Below are positions 28,440-39,434 of a stretch of 64,000 nucleotides of DNA, in pieces (position 1 is the stretch's first letter; every line of letters begins with the position of its first letter). The stretch comes from Bacteroidia bacterium (GTDB taxonomy: Bacteria; Bacteroidota; Bacteroidia; UKL13-3), in NCBI GenBank assembly GCA_046296495.1, contig JBKBLB010000002.1, positions 22,590-86,589 of the forward strand, read 5' to 3'. The position numbers and the translations under genes are program-made. A model generated the notes under the pieces. The model did no database searches. It worked only from the letters and a program-made list of their open reading frames with translations, and was not told the origin of the DNA.

Positions 28440-28970
28440 TTGCCAAATAAAACCTTTATGAGATTTGCCCATAACCTTAAATTTCTATTAGTCTTGGTTC
28501 TCTTAAGTTATGCTTGTGTTCAACAAAAAACATTTAACGCCTATCACAAAAAAGGCGAATACATTTTAAATGGTAAAATAGATTTGGCGTTTTTACATAA
28601 AACAGAGAAATTAAAATGGTTTAATGAGGGATACAAAAGATACAAGCCTAATGACATCGTTTTGATAAAGTTAAAACCATAGTGCCAAAATTTGGGTGTA
28701 TTGATTGTTGCAGGTTCTTGGTGTAGCGATACCAAACTGCATTTACCTGCATTAATTAAAGTTTTAAATGAGTGTAATGTTACAAATGAAAAAGTGCTTT
28801 TATATTTTGTTGATTTTAATAAAAAAACAGATGTTTTTGATGCAAAAGCATTGCAAATAGAGTTAATACCTACTTTTATTTTTTATAAAAATGGTAAAGA
28901 AATTGGAAGAATTATAGAAACGCCTAAAGTATCAATTGAAGATGATTTACTGAAAATACTGAATAATTAA
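28440..28970 (+). pseudogene. Thioredoxin-fold lipoprotein interrupted by a single in-frame TAG (28680..28682)
   Basis: ORFs 28440..28682 and 28692..28970 are in the same frame. The upstream part has a lipoprotein signal (LLSYAC). The stop falls just before the thioredoxin beta1 strand and active-site motif (K-P-*-CQNLGVLIVAGSWCSDT). Confidence 0.4.
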
Positions 28971-28979
28971 TGATGTAAT

Positions 28980-29696
28980 TTAATTTTCGCGCATATTGTG
29001 CCAAATATTGGTTACATCATCATCGTCTTCTAACTTTTCAATTAATTTATTAACGTCTGCTTCTTGTTCTTCGGTTACATCTACGTAAGTTGTAGGTATT
29101 CGCTGAAGTTCGGCATTTAATATTTCTATATTTTTATCTTCCAATGCTTTTTGCATAGCACCGAAATCGCTAAAGGGAACATAAATAATAAAGTTACCTT
29201 CTCCGTCATCAACCAATTCTTCCAAACCAAAATCAATTAATTCAAGTTCGAGTTCTTCTATATTTAAGTTTGTGTTAGCTATTCTAAAAACACCCTTGCG
29301 CTCAAACATAAAATCTAAACTTCCGTTGGTTAGCATTGTGCCATTTGTTTTGTTAAAGTAGCTTCTAATGTTTGCAACGGTTCTTGTAGGATTATCGGTA
29401 GCAGTTTCAATAACAAAAGCAACGCCATGTGGACCTTTTCCTTCGTAGGCCAATTCCTCCATATCTTTATCCTGCTTGCTGCTTGCACGATTTATGGCTG
29501 CTTCTATATTGGCTTTTGGCATATTAGCAGCTTTGGCATTGGCAATTATGGCTCTAAGTCTTGAATTACTTTCGGGGTTTGGGCCTCCGGCTTTAACGGC
29601 TATATGTATTTCTTTGCCAATTTTAGTAAAAGTTTTACTCATTTTTGCCGCTCTGGCAAATATTTTATGTTTACGTTTCTCAAAAATTCTTCCCAT
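28980..29696 (-). CDS. YebC/PmpR-family transcriptional regulator
   Basis: 238 aa, colinear with YebC (KRKHKIFARAAKMSK...GGPNPESNSRLR). Confidence 0.9.
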   Translation of the reverse strand: MGRIFEKRKHKIFARAAKMSKTFTKIGKEIHIAVKAGGPNPESNSRLRAIIANAKAANMPKANIEAAINRASSKQDKDMEELAYEGKGPHGVAFVIETATDNPTRTVANIRSYFNKTNGTMLTNGSLDFMFERKGVFRIANTNLNIEELELELIDFGLEELVDDGEGNFIIYVPFSDFGAMQKALEDKNIEILNAELQRIPTTYVDVTEEQEADVNKLIEKLEDDDDVTNIWHNMREN

Positions 29697-29751
29697 TTTT
29701 TATTTATATTTTGGTTCAAAAATGTTGCTTAATAATTAAACATACAAATTT

Positions 29752-30702
29752 TTAAATGTTTGGTGTTTTTAGTTTTGAATGAGTAGCTAAACTCAGTAAC
29801 ATAACAGGGTATAGTTGCCATAATAATCTTCCATCGGCAATTGTAGTTATAAAACTGTATGCCCATAAAAGTATGCTACAAATGCTTGTAAAAATTATTG
29901 AATAATAAATTCTTATTGGAATTTTTTTTCTGTAAATAAAAAATATTACAAAAACCGGCAGCATGGTAGCAATACTTGCAAACCATGTGTTGAACCGAAA
30001 AAAATTTACCCAAAAACTTTGATAACTTATTTGCCAAAATAACTTATTGCTGTATCCATGCGTAACAGGTGCATACTTTACCAAAATAAATCTTAAAAGT
30101 ATTACCAGTATGGGTGATAATATTGCAACTAAAAATGCACTTTTTTTGCTGTGAAAATATTGATAAACAGATGCAAAAGGTATTAATAATACAGCACTTT
30201 CTTTGCTTAAAAAGCCAAAAAATAATGCTAAAAAATAAAGCAATAGTTTATTTGATACTGTTGCATATACTCCTAATGATATAAACATTAAACATAAAGT
30301 GTCGGCATAACCTATGCAGGTGTAGTAAAACGCAGGGAAACTATACTGCATTATCAACATTACATTTATCTTTAGCTGTTTATTCTCTGTTAAAAATTCA
30401 ACTGTTTTTCCGGTTATTAATAACGATAGGATAAATGCAATGTAATTTACAATGTTTAAACTTGTTTTTGGGTCAAAAGGAAGTATTGATGCAATTGCTG
30501 GCAGTAAAATACGCCAGTTTGTTGCAGGTTTTATTGGTTCTTTAGGCTTAATACCTCTTAAATATTCAACATAAGCAGCAAAATACTTTTGGTCGTACGA
30601 TTGTTGTTTAATTAAATAAGTATTGCTGTTGAACCTAATCAAAGGAATTAGCAACCCAACCGCCAAAAGCCATATTTTTGCACTATTCGAAATTTTAAAC
30701 AT
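29752..30702 (-). CDS. Hypothetical polytopic integral membrane protein
   Basis: 316 aa with ~8 predicted TM helices; no recognisable catalytic motif. Confidence 0.5.
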   Translation of the reverse strand: MFKISNSAKIWLLAVGLLIPLIRFNSNTYLIKQQSYDQKYFAAYVEYLRGIKPKEPIKPATNWRILLPAIASILPFDPKTSLNIVNYIAFILSLLITGKTVEFLTENKQLKINVMLIMQYSFPAFYYTCIGYADTLCLMFISLGVYATVSNKLLLYFLALFFGFLSKESAVLLIPFASVYQYFHSKKSAFLVAILSPILVILLRFILVKYAPVTHGYSNKLFWQISYQSFWVNFFRFNTWFASIATMLPVFVIFFIYRKKIPIRIYYSIIFTSICSILLWAYSFITTIADGRLLWQLYPVMLLSLATHSKLKTPNI

Positions 30703-30727
30703 TTAAAACAAACATAAACTAAATTGA

Positions 30728-31519
30728 ATGAATACAACAAGAATAGTAGTTGATATGATTGGCAGAAAAGTAAATGTGCCGGTTAAGCCAAATAGAATAA
30801 TTTCTTTGGTGCCATCTCAAACAGAATTGTTGTACGATTTAGGATTAACAGATGAAATTGTAGGCCAAACTATTTTTTGTGTTCACCCTGATGATATGCA
30901 CCAAACAAAGCCGAGGGTAGGGGGTACAAAAAAATTAAACTTCGAAAAAATTAAAGCATTAAAACCTGATTTAATAATTGCTAATAAAGAAGAAAACAAC
31001 AAACAAGATATCGAAATGCTTGAAAAAGATTATCCGGTTTGGGTTAGCAATATTGTTGATTTGCCTTCGGCACTAGAAATGATTTTGCAAGTTGGTGTTT
31101 TGGTAAATAAAACAAAAAAATCGGTTCAAATTACAACCGAAATAAGCAATACGTTTAAAGATTTAAAAAGCTTACCTAATTACCCCAAAACATTATACCT
31201 AATTTGGAAAAACCCATACATGGCAGCAGGAAAAGATACGTTTATTAATTATTTGCTAAAAATTTCGGGATTTGAAAATATTGTATTAAACCATCAAAGT
31301 CGTTATCCCGAAATTGATGAAGAAGTTATAAAACAAGCGGATGTTATTTTATTATCGTCTGAACCATATCCTTTCAAGGATAAGCATATTGAGGAACTTA
31401 AAAGGATAAATCCAAAAAGTGTAGTTAAACTTGTTGATGGAGAATTGTTTAGTTGGTATGGAAGCCGACTGCTTTATACTGCAAAATATATAAACAGCCT
31501 TGTTGACGAATTAGCCTAA
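30728..31519 (+). CDS. Periplasmic-binding-protein-like (BtuF/TroA 'helical backbone') cobalamin/metal-binding protein
   Basis: 263 aa; [17 protein letters not shown]...DLIIAN pattern of class III PBPs. There is no obvious signal peptide. Confidence 0.55.
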   Translation: MNTTRIVVDMIGRKVNVPVKPNRIISLVPSQTELLYDLGLTDEIVGQTIFCVHPDDMHQTKPRVGGTKKLNFEKIKALKPDLIIANKEENNKQDIEMLEKDYPVWVSNIVDLPSALEMILQVGVLVNKTKKSVQITTEISNTFKDLKSLPNYPKTLYLIWKNPYMAAGKDTFINYLLKISGFENIVLNHQSRYPEIDEEVIKQADVILLSSEPYPFKDKHIEELKRINPKSVVKLVDGELFSWYGSRLLYTAKYINSLVDELA

Positions 31520-32611
31520 AACTTCTTTAAAAATTATATCTGCTGCTTTTTTGGCTGCTCCTCCGGTATTGTATAAGTTTTTTAATTCAAAATAATCTTT
31601 TTTCATGTTGGTTAATCGAGCTGATGGTTCAAGCAATTGCCTTAGTTCTTCTTGCATGTTTTGTGCATTAAAATCATCTTGAATGAACTCGGCAATGGCA
31701 GGTTTATTAAGGCATAGGTTTACAAGACTTATATATTTTATTTTTACAAACATTTTAGCAATTGCCACACTTAAAGGGTTAGCAATATAGCCACATACTT
31801 GCGGCACTCCAAATAAAGCTGTTTCTAAGGTGGCTGTTCCGCTGCAAACTATAGCGGCATCTGCAATGCTTAATACGTTATACGTTTGGTTGAACACGAT
31901 TTTTACATTTTCGTTTAAATATTTATTATAAAATTCTTTTCCAATACCCGGTGCGCCACAAATCATACATTCATAATTATTATATGTTTGAATTGCTTTT
32001 AACATTACAGGCAATGTTTTGGCAATTTCCTGTATACGGCTTCCCGGAAGTAATGCAATTACCGGTTTAGTAATATTTTGCTTTTGCTTAAAATTTGTAT
32101 CGGGTTTAAATTCAAAAATGGCCTCTGCCATTGGGTTTCCAACATAAGTATGATTAGTTTTAAATTTATTAAAATAAGCTTCTTCAAACGGAAAAATTAA
32201 TATCAGTTTATCAATATATTTTTCTAAAATCTTTACACGGCTTTCTTTCCAAGCCCAAACTTTGGGAGCTATGTAATATACTGTTTTAAAACCTGCCTTT
32301 TTGCAAAACTTAGCCATTCTTAGGTTAAAGCCCGGGTAATCAATAAAAATTACCACATCAGGTTTGTAATTGATAATATCGTTTTTGCACTGATTTAATT
32401 GTCCAAGTATTGTAGGAATATTTTTTATAATTTCAACAAATCCCATAAAGCTGTTTTTTTTGTAATGCATCAATAATTTGCCGTATGGCTGCATTAAATC
32501 GCCACCCCAAAAGGCAAATTCGGCATTTTTATCGGTTTCTTTTATGGCTTTCATAAGCAGGCTTCCGTGCATATCGCCACTTGGTTCGCCAGCTATTAAA
32601 AAATATTTCAT
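31511..32611 (-). CDS. lpxB: Lipid-A-disaccharide synthase
   Basis: [25 protein letters not shown] at the N-terminus; GT19 family length. Confidence 0.85.
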   Translation of the reverse strand: MKYFLIAGEPSGDMHGSLLMKAIKETDKNAEFAFWGGDLMQPYGKLLMHYKKNSFMGFVEIIKNIPTILGQLNQCKNDIINYKPDVVIFIDYPGFNLRMAKFCKKAGFKTVYYIAPKVWAWKESRVKILEKYIDKLILIFPFEEAYFNKFKTNHTYVGNPMAEAIFEFKPDTNFKQKQNITKPVIALLPGSRIQEIAKTLPVMLKAIQTYNNYECMICGAPGIGKEFYNKYLNENVKIVFNQTYNVLSIADAAIVCSGTATLETALFGVPQVCGYIANPLSVAIAKMFVKIKYISLVNLCLNKPAIAEFIQDDFNAQNMQEELRQLLEPSARLTNMKKDYFELKNLYNTGGAAKKAADIIFKEVLG

Positions 32612-32634
32612 TTTGTTGCAAATTACATGTTTAA

Positions 32635-33585
32635 ATGTTTTCCTTTGTTAAAAAATCAATTTTTATGGTTGACTCAAACGAAACTAATAACGAAAACAAA
32701 TTAAAATCTTATAAAGCTGCATTACTTTTTTTAATGCTTTTATTGGCAGGTAGTGTCGCATATAATGTTTATCAGTATAAAAGCGAAAAGCAAGTTGTAA
32801 TAACACATGCAACCGAGGTTGACAGCCTTATAAATGCGCGAATTGCTGTAGAGCGTGAGTTGGTAAGTATTGAAATGGAACTTGAAAAATTTAGAGGCAT
32901 TGCTGCAAATTTGGATAGTTTGTTACTTGATGCTAATGATAAAATTGCACAACAGGAAAAACGTATAAGGCAGTTAATTGCAAACGAAAAAAATTATGTT
33001 ACACTTAACAATAACCTTAAAAAAGAACTTGAAAGCCTGAGAAAACTCAGAGATGAATACCTTGAAAAAGTTGACAACCTGATTGCAGAAAATAATAAAC
33101 TAAAATCAGAAAATGAAAAACTTACCGGTGTTGTAAACAACTTAAATGAACAAAAAAATCAGTTGCAAAACAAAGTAACCATTGCTTCACAACTATCCGT
33201 TGAATATGTTAAAGTTAATGCTTACAAAAAAAGAAATAGCGGCAAATTGGTTGAAAGCGTTATTGCAAAACGTACCAATAAAATTGAGGCCTGCTTTACC
33301 ATTTTAGAAAACAAAATTGCCGAACAAGGCGAAAAGTTGGTTTACCTTAAAATTTCTGCACCAAACGGTAAAACGCTTGCAGGTATTAGTAAATCATCTT
33401 TTACTGATGTTGATGGAAACGAAATAGATGCAACTGCTGTTCAAAGAATAATTTATAATGGCGACAAACAAAATTTATGTTTAAGCTACGATAATGATGA
33501 ACGAATACTTGAAAGCGGCACTTACTCAATTCAACTATATATAGAAGGCAGGTTGGTTCATCAAAGCAATTATGTTTTAAGATAA
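32635..33585 (+). CDS. Hypothetical membrane-anchored coiled-coil protein with C-terminal beta-rich domain
   Basis: 316 aa: a TM helix ([18 protein letters not shown]), then ~150 aa of heptad-like coiled coil, then a ~110-aa globular C-terminus. Confidence 0.5.
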   Translation: MFSFVKKSIFMVDSNETNNENKLKSYKAALLFLMLLLAGSVAYNVYQYKSEKQVVITHATEVDSLINARIAVERELVSIEMELEKFRGIAANLDSLLLDANDKIAQQEKRIRQLIANEKNYVTLNNNLKKELESLRKLRDEYLEKVDNLIAENNKLKSENEKLTGVVNNLNEQKNQLQNKVTIASQLSVEYVKVNAYKKRNSGKLVESVIAKRTNKIEACFTILENKIAEQGEKLVYLKISAPNGKTLAGISKSSFTDVDGNEIDATAVQRIIYNGDKQNLCLSYDNDERILESGTYSIQLYIEGRLVHQSNYVLR

Positions 33586-33586
33586 A

Positions 33587-34690
33587 TTATACATCGAAAC
33601 TACTTTTTATCCAACCACCGCCAAGTAAGTCGTTTCCTTCATAAAAAACAGCACTTTGCCCTGGAGCAATAGCTTTTACTTGATTATTAAAAATCACTTT
33701 CATTTCATTTCTATGTTGCTCTATGGTAGCCATGCTGCCTTGGTCTTTATACCTTATTTTTGTTAATACTTCCATAGGTTTTGTCAACTGCTCGTATTTT
33801 TGAAGGTTTAGATTTCTAACCCACATGCCTTTTCGCTGTAATTCGCCTTCTTTACCTAAAACCACAGTATTTGTTTCGGGTCTTATTTCTAAAACATATA
33901 GTGGTTCTCCAACAGCAATTTCAAGGCCTTTGCGTTGACCTACCGTGTAAAAGGGGTAACCTTTGTGTTTGCCAATAACCTCACCGTTATTAAGAATAAA
34001 ATTTCCGCCATTAACTCGCTCTTCCAAACCATTAACTTTACGTTTTAAAAATCCGCGATAATCGTTATCAGGAACAAAGCAAATCTCATAGCTTTCGGGT
34101 TTTGCAGCCAATTCGTTATAACCCCAATCTAAAGCCATTTGCTTAATCTCGGCTTTGCGAAATTTACCAAGAGGAAATTTTGTTCGTGCCAAACTTTGTT
34201 GGCTCAAACCCCATAAAACGTAGCTTTGATCTTTATTTTCATCAAGGCCTTTACTTACAACATATCTACCGTTTTCCTGAAGCCTAACACTAGCATAGTG
34301 CCCTGTAGCTATAAATTCACAATCAAGTTGATTGGCTCGTTTAAGCAAGGCTTCCCATTTAATATGTGTATTGCACAAAACACATGGGTTAGGGGTTCTT
34401 CCGGCAAGGTATTCTTCAACGAAATTATCAATAACAAAATCGCCAAATTCGTCTCTTATATCAAGAATTATGTGGTGAATTCCGTGTTGAACCGCAATTG
34501 CTCTGGCATCGTTTATCGAATCTAGGCTACAGCACCCTGTTTCTTTTTTACCGCCTCCACTGCTTTCATAGTCCCAGGTTTTCATGGTAATGCCTATTAC
34601 TTCGTAGCCTTCTTGTGCAAGCATTACCGCAGTAACGGTACTATCAATACCGCCACTCATGGCTACCAAAATTTTTCCGTGTTTACTCAT
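33587..34690 (-). CDS. mnmA: tRNA-specific 2-thiouridylase
   Basis: PP-loop VAMSGGIDSTV; catalytic Cys residues present. Confidence 0.9.
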   Translation of the reverse strand: MSKHGKILVAMSGGIDSTVTAVMLAQEGYEVIGITMKTWDYESSGGGKKETGCCSLDSINDARAIAVQHGIHHIILDIRDEFGDFVIDNFVEEYLAGRTPNPCVLCNTHIKWEALLKRANQLDCEFIATGHYASVRLQENGRYVVSKGLDENKDQSYVLWGLSQQSLARTKFPLGKFRKAEIKQMALDWGYNELAAKPESYEICFVPDNDYRGFLKRKVNGLEERVNGGNFILNNGEVIGKHKGYPFYTVGQRKGLEIAVGEPLYVLEIRPETNTVVLGKEGELQRKGMWVRNLNLQKYEQLTKPMEVLTKIRYKDQGSMATIEQHRNEMKVIFNNQVKAIAPGQSAVFYEGNDLLGGGWIKSSFDV

Positions 34691-34871
34691 ATTTCAAAAC
34701 ATTGTCGGATTCAAAGTCCGAATGATTGATATTTTAAAGCAGCAAATGTAATGATTTGTTTTAGTATGAAGTTATTGCTTGTTTGAAGATAATTAGTTTA
34801 AAAATTTCTTAAAATGTGTAAAAATCCTTGTCTTATTAAAAATAGGCATTACATTTGTATATACATTAACT

Positions 34872-35594
34872 ATGAAAAAATTATTTACACTTTGCTTATT
34901 TGTTGTTATTTCAGCAATTTCATTTGCACAACCATGTACACCTCTGCCAAATTGGAACAACCCCGGAATTTCACCGGCACGTCTTGCAGATGCCGAGGTT
35001 GGCGTACCATACAATCAAACAATAACATTTGTTGTTCCTATTGATACAAGTGTTGTTTTTAGTGGTACTTTGTATAATGTAAAAATTGATTCTGCCAGAA
35101 TTTTATCAATTACCGGTTACCCTAATGGTTTTAGCTATCAGGCCGACAAACCTTCGTTAACTTGGCCCGGTGGCAGCAAAGGTTGTGCCAGGCTTTCCGG
35201 AACAGCAACCGAATCACAGGTTGGAGATTACAGCATTTATGTTAAAGTTCAAACTTGGTTTAAAATTGTTGGATTATCAAACCAATTTGAGCAAATAGAC
35301 AGCAGCCAGATAGATTTTAAAGTTAAAGGCACTACAGGAATAAAACATTTTGCGGTAAAGCAACAAATAAAAACTTATCCAAACCCTGCAAAAAATATTT
35401 TAAATGTTGATTTAAGTTCTTACAGCAATAGTATTGAAGCCAAAGTTTTTGATATTTTAGGTAATATTGTATCAGTTGAACCTATTAATGGTTCAGGTCT
35501 AAAATATAACATAAGCAATCTTAAATCGGGTATATATTTTATTGAGTTAAAAGACGGAAGAAACATTTATGTAAGCAGATTTATTAAAGAGTAG
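34872..35594 (+). CDS. T9SS C-terminal-sorting-domain secreted protein
   Basis: Signal peptide MKKLFTLCLFVVISAISFAQ; C-terminal Por-sorting domain (IKTYPNPAKNILNVDL...SGIYFIELKDGRNIYVSRFIKE). Confidence 0.7.
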   Translation: MKKLFTLCLFVVISAISFAQPCTPLPNWNNPGISPARLADAEVGVPYNQTITFVVPIDTSVVFSGTLYNVKIDSARILSITGYPNGFSYQADKPSLTWPGGSKGCARLSGTATESQVGDYSIYVKVQTWFKIVGLSNQFEQIDSSQIDFKVKGTTGIKHFAVKQQIKTYPNPAKNILNVDLSSYSNSIEAKVFDILGNIVSVEPINGSGLKYNISNLKSGIYFIELKDGRNIYVSRFIKE

Positions 35595-35595
35595 T

Positions 35596-37803
35596 TTATC
35601 TTCGTCTTTTTCTTTTTGTATTATTTTTAGCTTCTATTTGCTTTTTCTTTTTATTTGGTTTTAACCAATCGTTTACAAAACTTTTAGCTTTGGTTTCAGA
35701 TACCATTGCCAAATCAATTTGGCGTTTAAAAATGTCGGTTCTAAGAACTAAAACCCTAATAATATCACCTAACTGATATTTTTTTCGGGTTCTGCGACCA
35801 ACAATCCATTGATTTTGTTCATCGTATTCGTAATAATCTTCATCTAAATCGGCCAAACGCAGCATTCCTTCGCATTTAAACTGGGTCATCTCGGCATAAA
35901 TTCCCCAATCGGTTATACCGCTAATAATGGCATCAAACTCGTGTCCAACAAAATCCTGCATGTATTCAACTTGTTTGTAGCGAATACTCGCTCTTTCTGC
36001 TTCGGCAGCTTTTACCTCCATAGCCGATGAATGTTTGCAGTAATCCTCATATTCATCTTGCGAAGCGCTTTTTTCACCATTCAAGTAATCAAACAACAGC
36101 CTATGAACCATTAAATCAGGGTATCGCCTTATTGGAGAAGTGAAATGTGTGTAATGCGAGAATCCTAAACCATAGTGCCCTGTTTTTTTTGTGCCGTAAA
36201 AAGCTTTAGACATGGTTCGTATAGCCTGACTTTGAATAATGTTTTGTTCGGGTTTACCCTCAACGGCTTCCGAAATTTGGTTCAAACTAAATGCAACCGA
36301 TTTTGCACTATCGGTTTTTAAATGATAGCCAAAACGTGCAGCAAAGGTTTTAAAAAGGTTTAGTTTTTCTTCACTTGGGTCGTCATGTACTCGGTAAACA
36401 AATGTTTTTGCTTTGCCCTGCTTGTTTTTGGTTGACCCAAACTCGGCTACCAAGCGATTGGCTAGCAGCATAAATTCTTCTATAAGCTTATGGGCATCTT
36501 TTCTTACCTTAAGGTAAACATCAATGGGTTTAAAATTTTCATCAAGCCTAAATTTTACTTCATTACTTTCAAAGCTAATGGCGCCATTTTTAAAACGTCT
36601 TTCTCTAATTTGTTTAGCAATATTGTTAAGCGTTATTAATTCGTTGGCAAAATCGCCTTCCCCTTTTTCAATTCGCTGTTGGGCTTCTTCGTAGGTAAAA
36701 CGTCTTTGCGAATGAATAATGGTTTTTGCTATTCTGTGTTTTAATACTTTGGCTTCGTTGTTTATTTCAACAATTACCGAAAATGTAAGTTTATCTTCAT
36801 TTGGTCTTAACGAGCATAAATTGTTGCTTAATTTTTCAGGAAGCATAGGAATGGTTCTGTCAACCAAATAAACCGATGTGCCCCTTTGGTAAGCCTCTTT
36901 ATCAATAACAGAGTTTTTTGTTACATAATGCGACACATCGGCAATATGTATGCCAACTTCTATATTTCCATTATCAAGCAATTTGTAGCTTATTGCATCA
37001 TCAAAATCTTTGGCATCTTCAGGGTCAATAGTAAAAGTTAATGTATTTCTAAAATCTTCGCGTTTGGCTATTTCTTCTTTTGGTATTTTGTCTGATATTT
37101 TTTTTGCAGCATTTTCAACTTGTTCAGGAAATTTTGAAGCAAATCCAAACTCGGCTACAATGGCATTCATCTCGGTATTATGTTCTCCGGGTTTTCCAAG
37201 CACTTCAACTATTTTTCCAAATGGGTTATGTTCGGCAATATGCCATTCGGTTATTTCGGCTATGGCTTTATATCCGTCTTTTACACCATTGATAAATTCT
37301 TTTGGAATGAAAATATCAACATACATTTTTTTATCATCGGGTATCAAAAATGCATAGTTAAAGTGTAGTTTTACGGTTCCCACAAATTGTTTTTTTGCTC
37401 TGCTTATTACTTCTACTACTTCACCTGCCGGCTTGCTTCCGCTTCGGGTTGCTAGTAATTGTATTTTTACGGTATCGCCATGAAGTGCTCTATTTAAAAA
37501 CTCGGGTGCAATAAAAACATCTTCGCTGCCATCTTCCGGTATTACGTAGGCGCTACCATGCTGGGTCATATCAACGCGGCCCTCGATAAAACGATGTTTA
37601 AAAACGCTTATATATTTTCCCGGACTAACTTCTTCAATTAGATTTTCGGAAGCCATTTGCTTTAATACTTTAATAATTAGGTTTTTTTCTTCAGTACTTG
37701 TTATTTCGAGTTTGGCTGCAATTTGTTTAGGATTTAAAATTTTTCTCCCTGCTTCACTAAAAACTTTATTAATTTTATGTTTTAACGATTTTGAGGATGC
37801 CAT
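35596..37803 (-). CDS. rnr: Ribonuclease R
   Basis: 735 aa with an N-terminal HTH/cold-shock domain, an RNB catalytic domain (DPEDAKDFDDAIS), a C-terminal S1 domain and a basic tail. Confidence 0.9.
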   Translation of the reverse strand: MASSKSLKHKINKVFSEAGRKILNPKQIAAKLEITSTEEKNLIIKVLKQMASENLIEEVSPGKYISVFKHRFIEGRVDMTQHGSAYVIPEDGSEDVFIAPEFLNRALHGDTVKIQLLATRSGSKPAGEVVEVISRAKKQFVGTVKLHFNYAFLIPDDKKMYVDIFIPKEFINGVKDGYKAIAEITEWHIAEHNPFGKIVEVLGKPGEHNTEMNAIVAEFGFASKFPEQVENAAKKISDKIPKEEIAKREDFRNTLTFTIDPEDAKDFDDAISYKLLDNGNIEVGIHIADVSHYVTKNSVIDKEAYQRGTSVYLVDRTIPMLPEKLSNNLCSLRPNEDKLTFSVIVEINNEAKVLKHRIAKTIIHSQRRFTYEEAQQRIEKGEGDFANELITLNNIAKQIRERRFKNGAISFESNEVKFRLDENFKPIDVYLKVRKDAHKLIEEFMLLANRLVAEFGSTKNKQGKAKTFVYRVHDDPSEEKLNLFKTFAARFGYHLKTDSAKSVAFSLNQISEAVEGKPEQNIIQSQAIRTMSKAFYGTKKTGHYGLGFSHYTHFTSPIRRYPDLMVHRLLFDYLNGEKSASQDEYEDYCKHSSAMEVKAAEAERASIRYKQVEYMQDFVGHEFDAIISGITDWGIYAEMTQFKCEGMLRLADLDEDYYEYDEQNQWIVGRRTRKKYQLGDIIRVLVLRTDIFKRQIDLAMVSETKAKSFVNDWLKPNKKKKQIEAKNNTKRKRRR

Positions 37804-37816
37804 TTTTTATTAATGT

Positions 37817-38239
37817 TTAAATAAATAAATTTTTAAATGCTTCAGGTACTTCAACTGTTTTGCGGGTTTGGTAGTTATAGCAAACCATACCAGTTTTTGC
37901 TTCGCAAACAACAGCTTCATCTTGTATTCGTTTAAACCTATATACCAAATCGAAACTGCGAACACCAAAATCGGTTGCAGTTACCCATATTTCAAGCAAA
38001 TCGCCATAAAAACACTCTTTTTTATAAACAATGGCTGTATCGCCCATTATTACACCAACTCCTGCAAGATTTTTTTCGCTGTATCCAAAACTCATAAAAA
38101 ATTGCATACGAGCTTCTTGCATCATTTCAAGATATACATGATTAGCCAAATGGTTTCCGTAGTTAATATCTGAAATGCGAACTGCAATAGTGGTTTTAAA
38201 TTTAAAAGTATCGGGCAGGTGTAGTTTTATGCGTGCCAT
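37817..38239 (-). CDS. Acyl-CoA thioesterase (4HBT/YbgC-like hotdog fold)
   Basis: 140 aa, 4HBT-like sequence. Confidence 0.75.
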   Translation of the reverse strand: MARIKLHLPDTFKFKTTIAVRISDINYGNHLANHVYLEMMQEARMQFFMSFGYSEKNLAGVGVIMGDTAIVYKKECFYGDLLEIWVTATDFGVRSFDLVYRFKRIQDEAVVCEAKTGMVCYNYQTRKTVEVPEAFKNLFI

Positions 38240-38274
38240 ATTGTTTATACTTGTGGCAATATACTATTATAACC

Positions 38275-39336
38275 ATGCATAGGATTTTATTCTTATTCAC
38301 AATTGTGTTAGTGTCTAAATATGTTTTGGCTCAACCTAAAGTGCAATTTGTTGATAAAAAGCAAATTAAAAACGAAACAGAAATTGATATAACAAAAATT
38401 AACTGGCGTGGTTTATGTGTTTTAAACAATAAAACGGTTTGGATTAGCGGAACTAATGGAATAGTTGCAATAAGCAATGATGGTGGCAATAATTTTATAT
38501 TGAAACAAATTGCAGCTTGCACCAAATGCGACTTAAGAGATATTGAAGTATTTGATGAAAAAACTGCCTTAGTAATAAATAGCGGCTATCCGGCAGTAAT
38601 TTTTAAAACAACTGATGGTGGAAATACTTGGATTGAAACTTTTAGAAAAAATGATTCTTCGTACTTTTTAGATGCTATGGATTTTTGGGACAATAAGCGC
38701 GGTATGCTTCTGGCTGACCCAATTGACGGAAAATTTGTATTACTTTCAACATTTGATGGTGGCAGTAGTTGGTCACCGGTGCCAGTTGAAAATTGCCCAG
38801 TTGCTTACGATAATGAAGCAGCGTTTGCAGCAAGTGGTACAGCAATTAGGTGTTGGGGCAAAAATGCTTTTGCTTTTGTTAGCGGTGGCTCACAAACCAA
38901 ATTGTTTGTATTTTCAAATGGAATTGCTAAGCACGAAGTTACAAATGTGCCCTTGGTTTCAGGAAAATCTTCGCAGGGAAGTTTTAGTTTATCAAAGCCA
39001 TTTGGAAGCAATCTAATTGCTGTATCTGGTGGCGATTATAAAGATGATATGGCAGAAAATTCGGCATTTGCGGTGTATAGAACTAAAAATCCAATTTGGC
39101 TTAGAAGTAATTTTATTGAACCACTTACAGGCTATAAAAGTTGCATAGAATTTATTGGCAGCAACACTTTAATTACATGTGGCACACAAGGGGTGGATCT
39201 TATTACAATGAAAAATCAATTTTTTGAAAACACTGAACTAAGCAATAAAAGTTTTAATACCGTAAAAGTTGCCAAAAAAGGAAATGCAGTATTTTTAGTT
39301 GGTAATAAAGGGGTAATTGCAAAACTTGTCAGATAA
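38275..39336 (+). CDS. BNR/Ycf48-like beta-propeller protein (secreted)
   Basis: Signal peptide MHRILFLFTIVLVSKYVLAQ. Repeated S-x-D-G-G-x-x-W motifs (SNDGGNNF, TTDGGNTW, TFDGGSSW). Confidence 0.55.
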   Translation: MHRILFLFTIVLVSKYVLAQPKVQFVDKKQIKNETEIDITKINWRGLCVLNNKTVWISGTNGIVAISNDGGNNFILKQIAACTKCDLRDIEVFDEKTALVINSGYPAVIFKTTDGGNTWIETFRKNDSSYFLDAMDFWDNKRGMLLADPIDGKFVLLSTFDGGSSWSPVPVENCPVAYDNEAAFAASGTAIRCWGKNAFAFVSGGSQTKLFVFSNGIAKHEVTNVPLVSGKSSQGSFSLSKPFGSNLIAVSGGDYKDDMAENSAFAVYRTKNPIWLRSNFIEPLTGYKSCIEFIGSNTLITCGTQGVDLITMKNQFFENTELSNKSFNTVKVAKKGNAVFLVGNKGVIAKLVR

Positions 39337-39434
39337 ATTTTAAATATTAAGGTAAATAATCAAAACTCAATCAGTAAATTTTTATAGCCATTTAAATTCT
39401 TTTTTATTTGCGCTAACTAATTAATATACAAAAA

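Noticed and set aside
34700-34720. Small hairpin TCGGA-ttcaaag-TCCGA just upstream of the mnmA start
   Set aside because: 5-bp stem only; likely chance.
37010-37368. Overlapping plus-strand ORFs inside rnr
   Set aside because: Antisense artefacts within the RNase R coding region.
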